64,000 nt of DNA, from positions 174,892 through 238,891 of the forward strand of contig JBPOGH010000007.1 of the NCBI GenBank assembly GCA_051252135.1, read 5' to 3'. This document shows, one piece after another, positions 19,427 through 28,802 of the stretch. Numbering within the stretch: position 1 is the first letter of the stretch; the number at the start of each line of letters is the position of its first letter. Both the position numbers and the translations under genes were made by a program. The DNA is from Verrucomicrobiaceae bacterium. Its GTDB lineage: Bacteria; Verrucomicrobiota; Verrucomicrobiia; Verrucomicrobiales; Akkermansiaceae. The notes under the pieces are model-generated. The model was not told the DNA's origin. It made no database searches and saw nothing but the letters and a program-made list of their open reading frames with translations.

Positions 19427-22419
19427 GGGAAGAGGGGGTTGGCCTTGAAAGGGACGATGAATTCCACGGTGGTGCCTTTTCCAATGGTGCTATGGAAGTT
19501 GCAAACGCCTCCGATTTCCTTCATGCGTTTTTCCATGTTCGTCAAGCCGCTGCCTGCATTTGACCGGGCGGGGTCGGAGGGGGCGTTGGGGTCGATTCCT
19601 TTGCCGTTGTCCTCAAATTTTAGGATGAAGTGGTGATCTTCAGGGATGAGTGAGATTCTCACTTCGGAAGCCTGAGCGTATTTGACGATGTTATTAAGGG
19701 CTTCCTTAGAGGCGAGGAGGAGATTGTGGCGGAGTTGGGCGGAGAGGCTTTGTTCGGGGAGATCGACGGGAAACAGGAGTCGGCAACGAATACCGGCTAC
19801 GCTGAGGAATTCCTGGGCGTAGGAGCTGAGATAGTTGGCGAGATCATCGAACTCATCGTGCTCCGGGCTGATGGCCCAGACGACGCCGTCCATGGCGCGC
19901 ATGAGGTTCCGGGTGGTGGAGCGAATTTGGCCCATCGCTGATTGGGGTTGGTCGTTTTCAGCGGAGGATGACTGGCTGAGGAGGGAGATGCGGGTGAGGC
20001 TGGCACCCAGATCATCGTGAATGTCGCGGGCGATGCGGCTGCGTTCCTGTTCAAGTGCTTGTTTGGCCGCGATGGCTTGAAGTTGGTTCTGATGTTTGCG
20101 CCGAAGGCCCAGGAAGACGATTCCGCCGGCGATGAGAGCGGTGAGGGTGGCGATTCCGAATTTAAACCACCACGTTTCCCAGAAAAAGGGCTTCACCTTG
20201 ATGGTGACGGAGGCGCCCTCCTTGTTCCAGTCTCCGGCGCCGTTGCTGGCGATCACCTGGAAGCGATAGTTTCCGGCGGGAAGGCGGGGGAAGGTGACCC
20301 GGCCTTGTTTGTCGATGACCTGCCATTTTTTATCGACAGGATGGAGGCGATAACGGGTGAGGGTGTTTTCGGGGGTGGCAAAGTTGAGGGCGGCAAAGGA
20401 GATGACCAGGTTGTCGTGGTCCGGAGGAAGGGTGATTGCGGGGTTAGGATCACTCAAATCGGCGGTCCGGGAATTGATATCCGGAGGAAGGATCGAGCGC
20501 TTTTTGAAGAGAGCGATGGGCTCGTTGTTCAATGAGATGTTCTCGAGGATGACAGGAGGTGGAGGAGTGTTGTTGAGGGCGTCATTCGTATTGACCTCCA
20601 GGAGTCCGCTGTGGGTGCTGAAGTAGAGTTTGCCGTTTGGGTGGTTAACGGAGGAAGGGGCGTAATCGCGACTGGGCTGAATGCTGGGGAGGCCGTTGTC
20701 CCGACCATAGACCTGACAGTAGAGATGGGAGGAATCCGAAAGAAGGTGTTCAAGGGAGAGCCGGAAGAGGCCCCGGTTTGCGGCGATCCAAAGATTGCCG
20801 TTGGGGTCATGCTGGATTTGCGAGAGGTAGTCGTCGTGCAAGCCGTTTTCAGTAGTGAGTCGGCGATAGGTGCCGTTTTTAAGATGTCCCAAGCCGTCAC
20901 CGGCATATCCGATCCAGAGGCTGCCATCGGGGGTTGCGTGGAGGGTCCGGATGGAGCGGAGGGTGGGGCCATCGATTGCGGATTCATCGATGAGTTCTTG
21001 TCCGTCGACGCGGAGGAGGTGTCCCTCTGCGGTACCGATCCAGGTGGTCCCGTCGGTGGTTTCCGTAATTGCCCGGATGGGCTTGAGGGAAATGGGTGAG
21101 CTGATTGGGGTGATCCCGTTGTTTTGGAGCAGGTAGAGTTTGTCCGGTCTGCTGGTGGCAATCCAGAGGCCTCCATTCTTTGAAGGATGAAGTGAACGGA
21201 TGGAGTTGCTGGCCAAGGTGTGGGCAGGGTCCAGGGGGTGGACTTCATTGTCTCGAATTTCGAGGAGGCCGTGTTGCTGGGTTCCTACCCAGATTCGTCC
21301 CCGGGTGTCGGAAGTGACGCAGTTGGCCAGACAGTTTTGAGGGAGCTTGTCGAAAAGCTGCCACTGAAGAGCCTCTTTGACGGCCAGTTGACCGTCGAGG
21401 CTGGTGATCCAGAGACGTCCGGAGGCATCCCGGCATACAGAGCGAACGGATGGGAGAGGGAATCCTTCGCCCGGGCTGGTGAGTTTGGCAATACGGGGAA
21501 GGATCAGGTTGAGGCCGCCGCCATTCGTTCCGGCCCAGATGTTTCCATCGTGATCCTCGGAAATGCAGTTGATCCAGAGATGGGATGTGGGAACGCTTTG
21601 CAGTTGTGCCTGATGGAATCTGAAGAGCCCTTTTTGGCGGGTGCCAATCCAGATGGCGCCCTTGTGATCTTCCTTGATGGCGGTGACCTGGGTGTCCGGG
21701 GGGAGGCGGGTAATCGTTGTTTGCGAATCTGCGCTTTTGAAATGGATGAGATTGGATTCGTGGGTGATCCAGAGGCCGGAATCGCGGGAGGCGGCAATTT
21801 TGATCGGTGATTTTTTAAAGTCGAAAACCTCTTCAAATCCAAGGTCCTTGAAAACCTTAAGTTTTGGGCCGGAAGCAAGCCAGATGTTGCCATCGGAATC
21901 ACAGGCGGTGCCGGATTGTCGAGCCTGAGGAACTCCTTGGTTTTTGCCAAAGCGAGTAACCTTGCCATTTTCCACCAAACAAACCCCGATGGTGTAGGCG
22001 ATCCAGATGCGCCCCTGAAGGTCCACGGTGAGGTTGGAAGTTCGTCTGTTGATGACTCCATCGGCTTCGGTAAGGGTTTTTACCGAGGTGTCTCCAATGC
22101 TGATAATGGGCCCACGTTCCATGCCCATCCAGACCTGCCCCTGATGATCCAGGGTCATGGAGTGGACTTGTTTGCTGGGGAGGTTGGGAATCTCCCGAAG
22201 GGGGAGGGTGGTGAAGCTGATTCCATTGAAGCGGATGAGTCCGCCATTGGTGCCGATCCAGAGGTAGCCCTCGGAAGATTGTGCGATGGCGGAGACGCTA
22301 TTGTCGGGGAGGCCGTCCTCGGTTTGCCAGACGCGGTAAAACCAATTGTCCGAGATTGTTCCGTATCCGACCAGGGATTGAACCAGGAACAGAAGTGCAA
22401 AATGGAGTCGCGCGCGCAT
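19417..22419 (-). CDS. Sensor histidine kinase with periplasmic beta-propeller (Reg_prop) and Y_Y_Y domains, HisKA_3 and HATPase
   Basis: Repeated G.[LI]W[IV]GT..GL blades, PAGNYRFQV (Y_Y_Y), TM helix, ERSRIARDIHDDLG, KEALNNIVKY, DNGKG, GSGL. Start ATG 22419 or GTG 22518. Confidence 0.93.
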   Translation of the reverse strand: MRARLHFALLFLVQSLVGYGTISDNWFYRVWQTEDGLPDNSVSAIAQSSEGYLWIGTNGGLIRFNGISFTTLPLREIPNLPSKQVHSMTLDHQGQVWMGMERGPIISIGDTSVKTLTEADGVINRRTSNLTVDLQGRIWIAYTIGVCLVENGKVTRFGKNQGVPQARQSGTACDSDGNIWLASGPKLKVFKDLGFEEVFDFKKSPIKIAASRDSGLWITHESNLIHFKSADSQTTITRLPPDTQVTAIKEDHKGAIWIGTRQKGLFRFHQAQLQSVPTSHLWINCISEDHDGNIWAGTNGGGLNLILPRIAKLTSPGEGFPLPSVRSVCRDASGRLWITSLDGQLAVKEALQWQLFDKLPQNCLANCVTSDTRGRIWVGTQQHGLLEIRDNEVHPLDPAHTLASNSIRSLHPSKNGGLWIATSRPDKLYLLQNNGITPISSPISLKPIRAITETTDGTTWIGTAEGHLLRVDGQELIDESAIDGPTLRSIRTLHATPDGSLWIGYAGDGLGHLKNGTYRRLTTENGLHDDYLSQIQHDPNGNLWIAANRGLFRLSLEHLLSDSSHLYCQVYGRDNGLPSIQPSRDYAPSSVNHPNGKLYFSTHSGLLEVNTNDALNNTPPPPVILENISLNNEPIALFKKRSILPPDINSRTADLSDPNPAITLPPDHDNLVISFAALNFATPENTLTRYRLHPVDKKWQVIDKQGRVTFPRLPAGNYRFQVIASNGAGDWNKEGASVTIKVKPFFWETWWFKFGIATLTALIAGGIVFLGLRRKHQNQLQAIAAKQALEQERSRIARDIHDDLGASLTRISLLSQSSSAENDQPQSAMGQIRSTTRNLMRAMDGVVWAISPEHDEFDDLANYLSSYAQEFLSVAGIRCRLLFPVDLPEQSLSAQLRHNLLLASKEALNNIVKYAQASEVRISLIPEDHHFILKFEDNGKGIDPNAPSDPARSNAGSGLTNMEKRMKEIGGVCNFHSTIGKGTTVEFIVPFKANPLFPVT

Positions 22420-22610
22420 CTCGGGTTGCAGACGATAGAGATTACCAAATGAAACCCAATCTCGAAATCGAACAGGGAGGGATTGCCCGAATGAGGGATC
22501 AATTTTTGATGAGACCACCGCCGAGAGCGGTTTGGGGCGGCCTTTTCATTAGGATGATTTCTGAAGAGGAGAGGTTAGGTGGCGACTGTTTGTGGGGTGG
22601 AAATTCACTC

Positions 22611-22646
22611 AAAGAAAAACCCTGCCCCCGATGAGAGGCAGGGTTC
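22611..22646 (-). terminator. Intrinsic terminator
   Basis: Minus strand reads AACCCTGCCTC-TCATC-GGGGGCAGGGTT-TTTCTTT, downstream of the gene at 22689-25082. Confidence 0.75.
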
Positions 22647-22688
22647 TTGAGGGAGAAGAGATGCGTTGTGATTCCCTAAATTTGAGGA

Positions 22689-25082
22689 TTAGTTTTTGAT
22701 GACAGTGAAGAACGCTTTTTCGGCACCGCCGACCACATCAACAGGGAAGGTGTATTCCGTCACACCACCATCCTCGGCGGCGGGAATTCCATCATCGACC
22801 TCAATATCGAAAGTCACGAGGTCCAGAGAAGAGAAAATACTGTATGAGTCTCCCGGATTAGAGGTCCAGGTGACGGTGACTTCGCTATCCGTTCTGCTGA
22901 TGCTCAGGATCTCCAGGTCTCCGATGGCGACGCCTTCGACAGTGACAGTGCCAAATCCGGAGAATTTGGTGTCATCCTGATTCGCGAGGGGGGCCGCTGA
23001 AGAAGAGCTCCCATAAACGCCGGGAGCCTTGCGGGTCCCGTCGATGAACAGATTGCCGACGGTTTCGTTTTCCTCGACTTCGACAGTGCCCCCATTGATC
23101 ACAAGCGAGGTGGCGTCTCCGATGGCATCTCCATTGAGGAGACGGAGCTTCCCTCCATTGACGGTGGTAGGACCGGTGTAGGTGTTGACTCCGAGGAAGA
23201 CAACGGTGCCGGTGCTGGTTTCATCAATGGTGACACTCATCGATTCTTCGCTCTCAGCGCTCTCAACGATGGGGCGGGAGAAGGTGAGGTTACCGCTTCC
23301 CTGGTGATTAATCAGGAGGGAGTCAGCCAGGATGAGATTACCGTAGTTCTCGGGAACGTTGGGAATGAAGGCATTATTGACATTTCCGAGGTCGATATTG
23401 CTCTCCGCGCCCTCGGCGACGTTAATTTCCGTGGGGTCCACAAGGGAATCGGTTTCCAGGGTGAGGCTTGCGGCAAGTCCCGGGGCATTGTTGACGAGGT
23501 AGCGAACTCCGAAGAAGGGTTGCGTGACCGTGGGATCGACGAACTCCGTGAAATTGAGAGAGCGCACAGTGCGATCTCCATTCAGGAAGGTTTGCGCGGT
23601 GACGGCAAACTCGTCCATGAAGAAGAGATCGGTGGTGTTGTCGAAGGGCGGGGTGTTGTTATCGAGCCAGTTGTCACCATTACCCCAGGAACCAATGCCT
23701 TGGGCGATCCAGCGGAACTGGGGTTCTTCAACCGTGATGAGGCCGGAATCTCCGTTGGGAAGACCGCCGACTGCGGCCCGGATGACTCCGGTTCCGAGGT
23801 TTTGGGCGGTGAAGGTGGCACTGCCGCCGCCGTTGTCGACGAGGTCTCCGGCTACCAGCGAGTCGGTGATGTTTTCGAGGGTGAAGACAGCACCGGATTC
23901 GAGGGCGATGAAGTTTCCGACCGAGTCGCGGGAGATCGCGAAGACATCGAGGGTGTCGGCGGGATCGTTAATCCGGAAGGAAGTGTTGCCGATGGGCGTT
24001 CCGGTTCCGTCATTGGCCGATTCGACGCTAAGCACTGAGGCCGGGCCGGCACTGAAGGTAATGGTTGAGCTCTCGGGGCTGGAAACGAGCAAATCTCCGC
24101 CCGTTTGGTTGGCGATGAGGGTGATGTCTTCCGCCACGGTGTATTGAACGGCGGGGAGAGTCACTGAATTCGTTCCCGACAGAATGGTGGCGGTATTGCC
24201 ACTCAGGACTCCGGTGCCATTAGGGGTGGAGAGGGAGATGGTGGTGTCTTGACTGACTCCACCAGCCAAGGGGGAGCCATTACCGTCCTGGGCTTGCACG
24301 GTGACGGAAAAGTCTTCCCCGGCGGTCGCGGTCGCGGGTGCGAGGGTGATCGCCAACTGGTCGGCACCAGCGGAGCTCCTGGAGATTGCCAAGTTGTCGA
24401 TCCAGAGATCGTGGCCACCAGCGTTATCGCCCGCTCCACCTGAGAAGGTGAGGAGGAATTGGACCGTGCCGCCGTTTTCGAGAATCGAGTCGGCAAGGCC
24501 GGAGAGATCATGATCGATGTCGTCTCCCTGGTTATTGTCGGGCGGAAGCCCTCCTTGAGATTTAATTTCAAGATCACCGGAAGTGTAGACGTTCCCGGCA
24601 GTAATGGCCCCGCCTGGCTGGACGTCCAAGGTGTATGTTCTGGGTGCTTTGGGACGGAACGCGAGGGCGTCCATGTGGAAGGCGTTGAGAGCGATGTCCT
24701 CACCGGAATTGTTGGTGATGGTCATGGTGATCGTTCCGCCAGTCGTTGCGTTGGACAGTTCGAGGTTCAGACTGGAAGTGCTCTGATCCCCGACGAGCGT
24801 GTCTGCCGGGGGTGGGCCCACATAGGTTCCCCATGTGCCATCGCTACTTGAGCCTCGTGCGTCGAAGGCTATCCAATTTCTGCCTTCGCCGGTAGTGACC
24901 AGGCTTGCGGTAACGCCGGTTGCGACAATGGGTGCGTCGACAGGCACGTCGTCGGCTCCTGAGCCGGCAAAATTATCCCATCCTGCGACGATCTGCGCGG
25001 ATGAGGTAGCTGCGGAAAGGGTAACAAGCGCGGCTGCTGCCAGCCACGATTTCCCTTGGTGTGGTAATTTATTTAGGTTCAT
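22689..25082 (-). CDS. Secreted multidomain protein with an autotransporter-associated beta-strand repeat
   Basis: Signal peptide, N-terminal AGWD...DNLA module, Ig-like segments, GTVVFLGVNTYTGPTTVNGGKL repeat, C-terminal KAFFTVIKN. Confidence 0.8.
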   Translation of the reverse strand: MNLNKLPHQGKSWLAAAALVTLSAATSSAQIVAGWDNFAGSGADDVPVDAPIVATGVTASLVTTGEGRNWIAFDARGSSSDGTWGTYVGPPPADTLVGDQSTSSLNLELSNATTGGTITMTITNNSGEDIALNAFHMDALAFRPKAPRTYTLDVQPGGAITAGNVYTSGDLEIKSQGGLPPDNNQGDDIDHDLSGLADSILENGGTVQFLLTFSGGAGDNAGGHDLWIDNLAISRSSAGADQLAITLAPATATAGEDFSVTVQAQDGNGSPLAGGVSQDTTISLSTPNGTGVLSGNTATILSGTNSVTLPAVQYTVAEDITLIANQTGGDLLVSSPESSTITFSAGPASVLSVESANDGTGTPIGNTSFRINDPADTLDVFAISRDSVGNFIALESGAVFTLENITDSLVAGDLVDNGGGSATFTAQNLGTGVIRAAVGGLPNGDSGLITVEEPQFRWIAQGIGSWGNGDNWLDNNTPPFDNTTDLFFMDEFAVTAQTFLNGDRTVRSLNFTEFVDPTVTQPFFGVRYLVNNAPGLAASLTLETDSLVDPTEINVAEGAESNIDLGNVNNAFIPNVPENYGNLILADSLLINHQGSGNLTFSRPIVESAESEESMSVTIDETSTGTVVFLGVNTYTGPTTVNGGKLRLLNGDAIGDATSLVINGGTVEVEENETVGNLFIDGTRKAPGVYGSSSSAAPLANQDDTKFSGFGTVTVEGVAIGDLEILSISRTDSEVTVTWTSNPGDSYSIFSSLDLVTFDIEVDDGIPAAEDGGVTEYTFPVDVVGGAEKAFFTVIKN

Positions 25083-25215
25083 TTCGATACTGATGGATTG
25101 GCTTTGGGTTGGGATGTTTGATTCACGGGGACGCGTTGGGGTCTCGGCGATGAAGATCCGTGAAACGTTTCCTGTTTAGCAGGTCATGTTATAGGAAGAG
25201 AACGGTTTTTTGTCT

Positions 25216-25235
25216 TGTCACTAGAACACGTGACA
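25216..25235. promoter_or_regulatory. TGTCAC-N8-GTGACA palindrome, site 2
   Basis: TGTCACTAGAACACGTGACA in a divergent intergenic region. Confidence 0.7.
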
Positions 25236-25272
25236 TGCGGGCGAGGGATTTTTACCTACGGTTGGCGGGGTA

Positions 25273-26724
25273 GTGACTCACTTTTGCAGACTTTTTCTAG
25301 GAGTATTGATTTTGCTTTGTCCGATAGGGGCGAAGGAGAAGAATATTCTTGTTTTCTTCATGGACGACCTCCGGCCTGAGTTGGGTTGTTATGGTGTAGA
25401 CGGGGTCCTGAGTCCCAACATTGATGCTTTAGCTTCCGAGGGGATGCTGTTTGAGAGGGCCTATTGTCAGCAGGCAATCTGTGCGCCTTCCCGGATCAGC
25501 ATGCTCTCGGGGCTGTATCCCGATACGAGCGGGATTGATGATCTTTGGACGCCGTTGAGAAAGAAGCATCCGGAGGCGATGAGCATGCCGCGTTATTTTA
25601 AGGAGCGAGGATATGTGACGGCTTCGTTTGGAAAGGTCTATCATCATCAACGCGATGATCAGGAGAACTGGGTGGAGCACCTGGATCGGCCGGGGGTTCT
25701 TTATGCGTCCAAGGAGGTGGTCGCCTCGATGGAAGAGCGGAAAAAGGCGGCCCGGAAGAAGGGGCTGTCTCCGCTGGAGGTTTCGGCAGCGAGCAAAGGG
25801 CCGGCGGTGGAGGTTGGGGAGGTCGCCGATGAGGTTTACCAGGACGGGGCGGTGGCGTTGCAGGCGATTGAGTCGCTGCGCCGGAACAAGGAGAAGTCGT
25901 TTTTTATGTGTGTTGGTTTTGCGAAGCCGCATTTGCCCTTTGCGGCTCCCAAAAGGTATTGGGATTTGTATCAGCGGGAGGAATTTGAGGTGCCGGGTCG
26001 GGCACTTCCCGAAGGTTCGCCCGAGATTGCGTTTACGAAGTGGAATGAATTGCGGTCTTATGAGGGGATTCCGACGGAGGGGGATTTGAGTGATGAGCTG
26101 ACGCGGGAGTTGAAGCACGGCTATGCGGCTTGTGTTTCCTATGCGGACGCGCAGGTGGGGAAGGTGATGGCGGAGCTGGATCGCTTGGGTTTGAGGGAGG
26201 ATACGATTGTGATTTTGTGGGGTGACCACGGATACAAACTGGGGGATCATGGGCTTTGGTGTAAGCACACTAATCTGGAGCTGGATACGCGGGTGCCGTT
26301 TCTGGTGTCGGCTCCGGGGTTTGCGAAGGGGGCGCGATCGACTGCGCTGGTGGAAATGGTCGATGTCTTTCCAACGCTGGCAAAGTTGACCGGTGGGGAG
26401 GTGCCGGAGTCGTGTGACGGGATGAGTTTGGAGCCGGTATTGCACGATGCGGACGCGGGCATTCGGCCCTTTGCGTTGAGTCGTTATCCGCGGGGCTCAA
26501 CCGTTGGCTACAGCATGCGAACTGATCGCTGGCGCTACACGGAATGGATTCAGGTGGACTCTCGAAAGATTGTGTATCGGGAGCTTTTTGATCATGCGGA
26601 AACGCAGATGGCTCCGAGGAATTTGGCGAAGGTCGCTGAGCACGCCGAATTGGTTGCGGAGTTGTCGAAGCAATTGGATTCGGTGGCGCGAGTGAGTGCG
26701 AGCAAGGTAAAACTGAAGAAGTAG
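25273..26724 (+). CDS. Cys-type sulfatase, iduronate-2-sulfatase-like
   Basis: DDLRP, CAPSR (formylglycine motif), GKVYH, KPHLPF, GDHG..LGDHG.WCKH. Confidence 0.93.
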   Translation: MTHFCRLFLGVLILLCPIGAKEKNILVFFMDDLRPELGCYGVDGVLSPNIDALASEGMLFERAYCQQAICAPSRISMLSGLYPDTSGIDDLWTPLRKKHPEAMSMPRYFKERGYVTASFGKVYHHQRDDQENWVEHLDRPGVLYASKEVVASMEERKKAARKKGLSPLEVSAASKGPAVEVGEVADEVYQDGAVALQAIESLRRNKEKSFFMCVGFAKPHLPFAAPKRYWDLYQREEFEVPGRALPEGSPEIAFTKWNELRSYEGIPTEGDLSDELTRELKHGYAACVSYADAQVGKVMAELDRLGLREDTIVILWGDHGYKLGDHGLWCKHTNLELDTRVPFLVSAPGFAKGARSTALVEMVDVFPTLAKLTGGEVPESCDGMSLEPVLHDADAGIRPFALSRYPRGSTVGYSMRTDRWRYTEWIQVDSRKIVYRELFDHAETQMAPRNLAKVAEHAELVAELSKQLDSVARVSASKVKLKK

Positions 26725-26726
26725 GA

Positions 26727-28613
26727 ATGATGAATTTATTGAAAAAACAGGGGGCGGGAATGCTCCTGGCGATGTTGATATGTGGTGGCGTGGATCTTGG
26801 ATTTGGGGCCGAGGTGATTGAGCCACCTGCGGGAGGCGAGGAGGTGGTTTCCTTTTCCAGGAGCGGAAAGCTTCGATTGAGTGAAAAGGCGGGGGAAGCG
26901 GAGAATCAGTGGATTCAGATTGAGGGGATGCCGTTTGCGGAAGCGCATCAGGTGGAATTAACGAAGGTTCCGAAGGCGGCCAAGGATTTGCAGCTCATTG
27001 TTCCGCTGCAGAAATCGATTCAAAAGGGAGACGCGGTATTGGTGTCCTTTTGGGTACGTCGTCCGAAGTCGGCGGGGGAGCCGGGGCCGGCGAGTCTTTT
27101 TGTGCAGGCGGGGGCGGGGCAGAAGCGGTATGAATTTAAGTTTTCGCCGTTTCGGAAGTGGGAACAGCACGTGAGGGCCTTTGAGGCGCCGTCGGATTTT
27201 GATTTCAAGAAGGGGAACGTGAGTTTTCATTTGGGAGCGGCCGAGCCCGTGATCGAGATCGCTAATTTACGAGTGGTGAATTATGGGTCGAAGGTGAAGA
27301 TCTCGGAGCTTCCTGAATCGAGGGTCACCTACGAAGGTCGGGAGCCGGATGCAGCGTGGCGGAACGAGGCGCTGGCCCGGATTGAGAAGATTCGGAAAGC
27401 GGGGCTGGTGGTGAAGGTGGTGGATGCGGATGGAAATCCGGTCGAAGGTGCCGAGGTGAAAGTTGAGATGCAGCGGCATGCGTTTCGATTCGGGAACACG
27501 GTGAACGCCCATCTTTTGGGGGCCGGAGAGGAGGGGTTTCCTTACACCAAAGTGCGCAATGGGCAGAAGTTCGTGACGACGTGGGCCGAGGCCCAACGGT
27601 ATCGCGAGGTGGTGAAGGATTACTTCAATGCAGTGACCTTTGAGAGTGAGTTTCGGCCCCATGTTTGGAAGCAGCAGACGAGTGGGAGTGAGCGGGGGAA
27701 GAAGAGTTATGAGATTCTGATGGGGTCGGCGATCCCTTGGCTGAGGGAGCACGGGATCGGGATCAGGGGGCACTATCTCTCCTGGGGAGCGATGGATTTT
27801 AATGCCATTGAGAAGGTTTACGTGGGGAATCCCGAGGGTCACCGGAAGTGGCTGTGGGAGCATATGGCGGATGTCTTGGGGAAGACCGAAGGATTGGTGA
27901 CGGAGTGGGATACCATCAATCACATCGTGGCTTGGGGGAAGCATACCTACGAACAGGAGTATGGCGGAATGGAGATTCTGGCGGAGATCATGGCGGAGGC
28001 GCGTCGCCTTGCGCCGGAGACGACGCATGCGATCAATGAAGGGAAGATTTTGCCCGAGGGATATAAGCGGGAACCTTACAAGAGGGTGATTCATTTTCTC
28101 AATGAGAAGGGGCAGGCGCCGGACACGGTGGGTTTTATGGCGCACTTTGCGCTGACTTCGCTGACCCCGCCGGAGGAGCTGCTGGAGGTTTACGATGATT
28201 TTGCAACGATCGCGCCACGGCTTCAGTTGAGTGAGTTTGATGTGGAAGCGGGGGACGATGAGAAGTTGCAGGCGGATTACTATCGGGACGTGATGCTCGC
28301 GACCTTTAGTCATCCGAGTTTCCATGCGATTGTGCAGTGGGGATTTTGGGAGAATGCGCATTGGAAGCCGCACGCGGCCCTGTGGCGCAAGGACTGGAGC
28401 TTGAAGCCAGCGGGAGAGGTTTACGTGGATCTGGTAAAGAAGCAGTGGTGGACGGACGAGACACTCAAAAGCGATGCAGAGGGAAAGGGACAGGTTAGCG
28501 GGTTTTTGGGAGACTACGAAGTGAGTCTGATCCACGACGGGAGAACCATCACGAAAGTGGTGAGCTTAACCCGTGAGGGTGCGGAGGTGATTTTTTCTCC
28601 GGGCGATGAGTAG
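26727..28613 (+). CDS. GH10-like glycoside hydrolase with N-terminal CBM-like region
   Basis: RIEKIRKA..VEMQRHAFRFG, IRGHYL.W, WDTINH, LSEFDV, QWGFWE, GFLGDYEV. Confidence 0.85.
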   Translation: MMNLLKKQGAGMLLAMLICGGVDLGFGAEVIEPPAGGEEVVSFSRSGKLRLSEKAGEAENQWIQIEGMPFAEAHQVELTKVPKAAKDLQLIVPLQKSIQKGDAVLVSFWVRRPKSAGEPGPASLFVQAGAGQKRYEFKFSPFRKWEQHVRAFEAPSDFDFKKGNVSFHLGAAEPVIEIANLRVVNYGSKVKISELPESRVTYEGREPDAAWRNEALARIEKIRKAGLVVKVVDADGNPVEGAEVKVEMQRHAFRFGNTVNAHLLGAGEEGFPYTKVRNGQKFVTTWAEAQRYREVVKDYFNAVTFESEFRPHVWKQQTSGSERGKKSYEILMGSAIPWLREHGIGIRGHYLSWGAMDFNAIEKVYVGNPEGHRKWLWEHMADVLGKTEGLVTEWDTINHIVAWGKHTYEQEYGGMEILAEIMAEARRLAPETTHAINEGKILPEGYKREPYKRVIHFLNEKGQAPDTVGFMAHFALTSLTPPEELLEVYDDFATIAPRLQLSEFDVEAGDDEKLQADYYRDVMLATFSHPSFHAIVQWGFWENAHWKPHAALWRKDWSLKPAGEVYVDLVKKQWWTDETLKSDAEGKGQVSGFLGDYEVSLIHDGRTITKVVSLTREGAEVIFSPGDE

Positions 28614-28631
28614 GAGAATGCGGCGTTCTTT

Positions 28632-28651
28632 TGTCACTGGAATACGTGACA
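28632..28651. promoter_or_regulatory. TGTCAC-N8-GTGACA palindrome, site 3
   Basis: TGTCACTGGAATACGTGACA upstream of the CotH/LTD gene. Confidence 0.7.
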
Positions 28652-28802
28652 AGACGTGACCGGACCAGGTGGCTAGCCTTCCTGCAATTGAGTTTAGATG
28701 TCGAGAAGGGCTTCACTCGAGTGATCCGGAGGTCGCTTTGGAGAACCGCTTAGGAGGCGAGGTCGGGCTTGCCGATCGTTGGGACTTATAATTTTAAATC
28801 GA

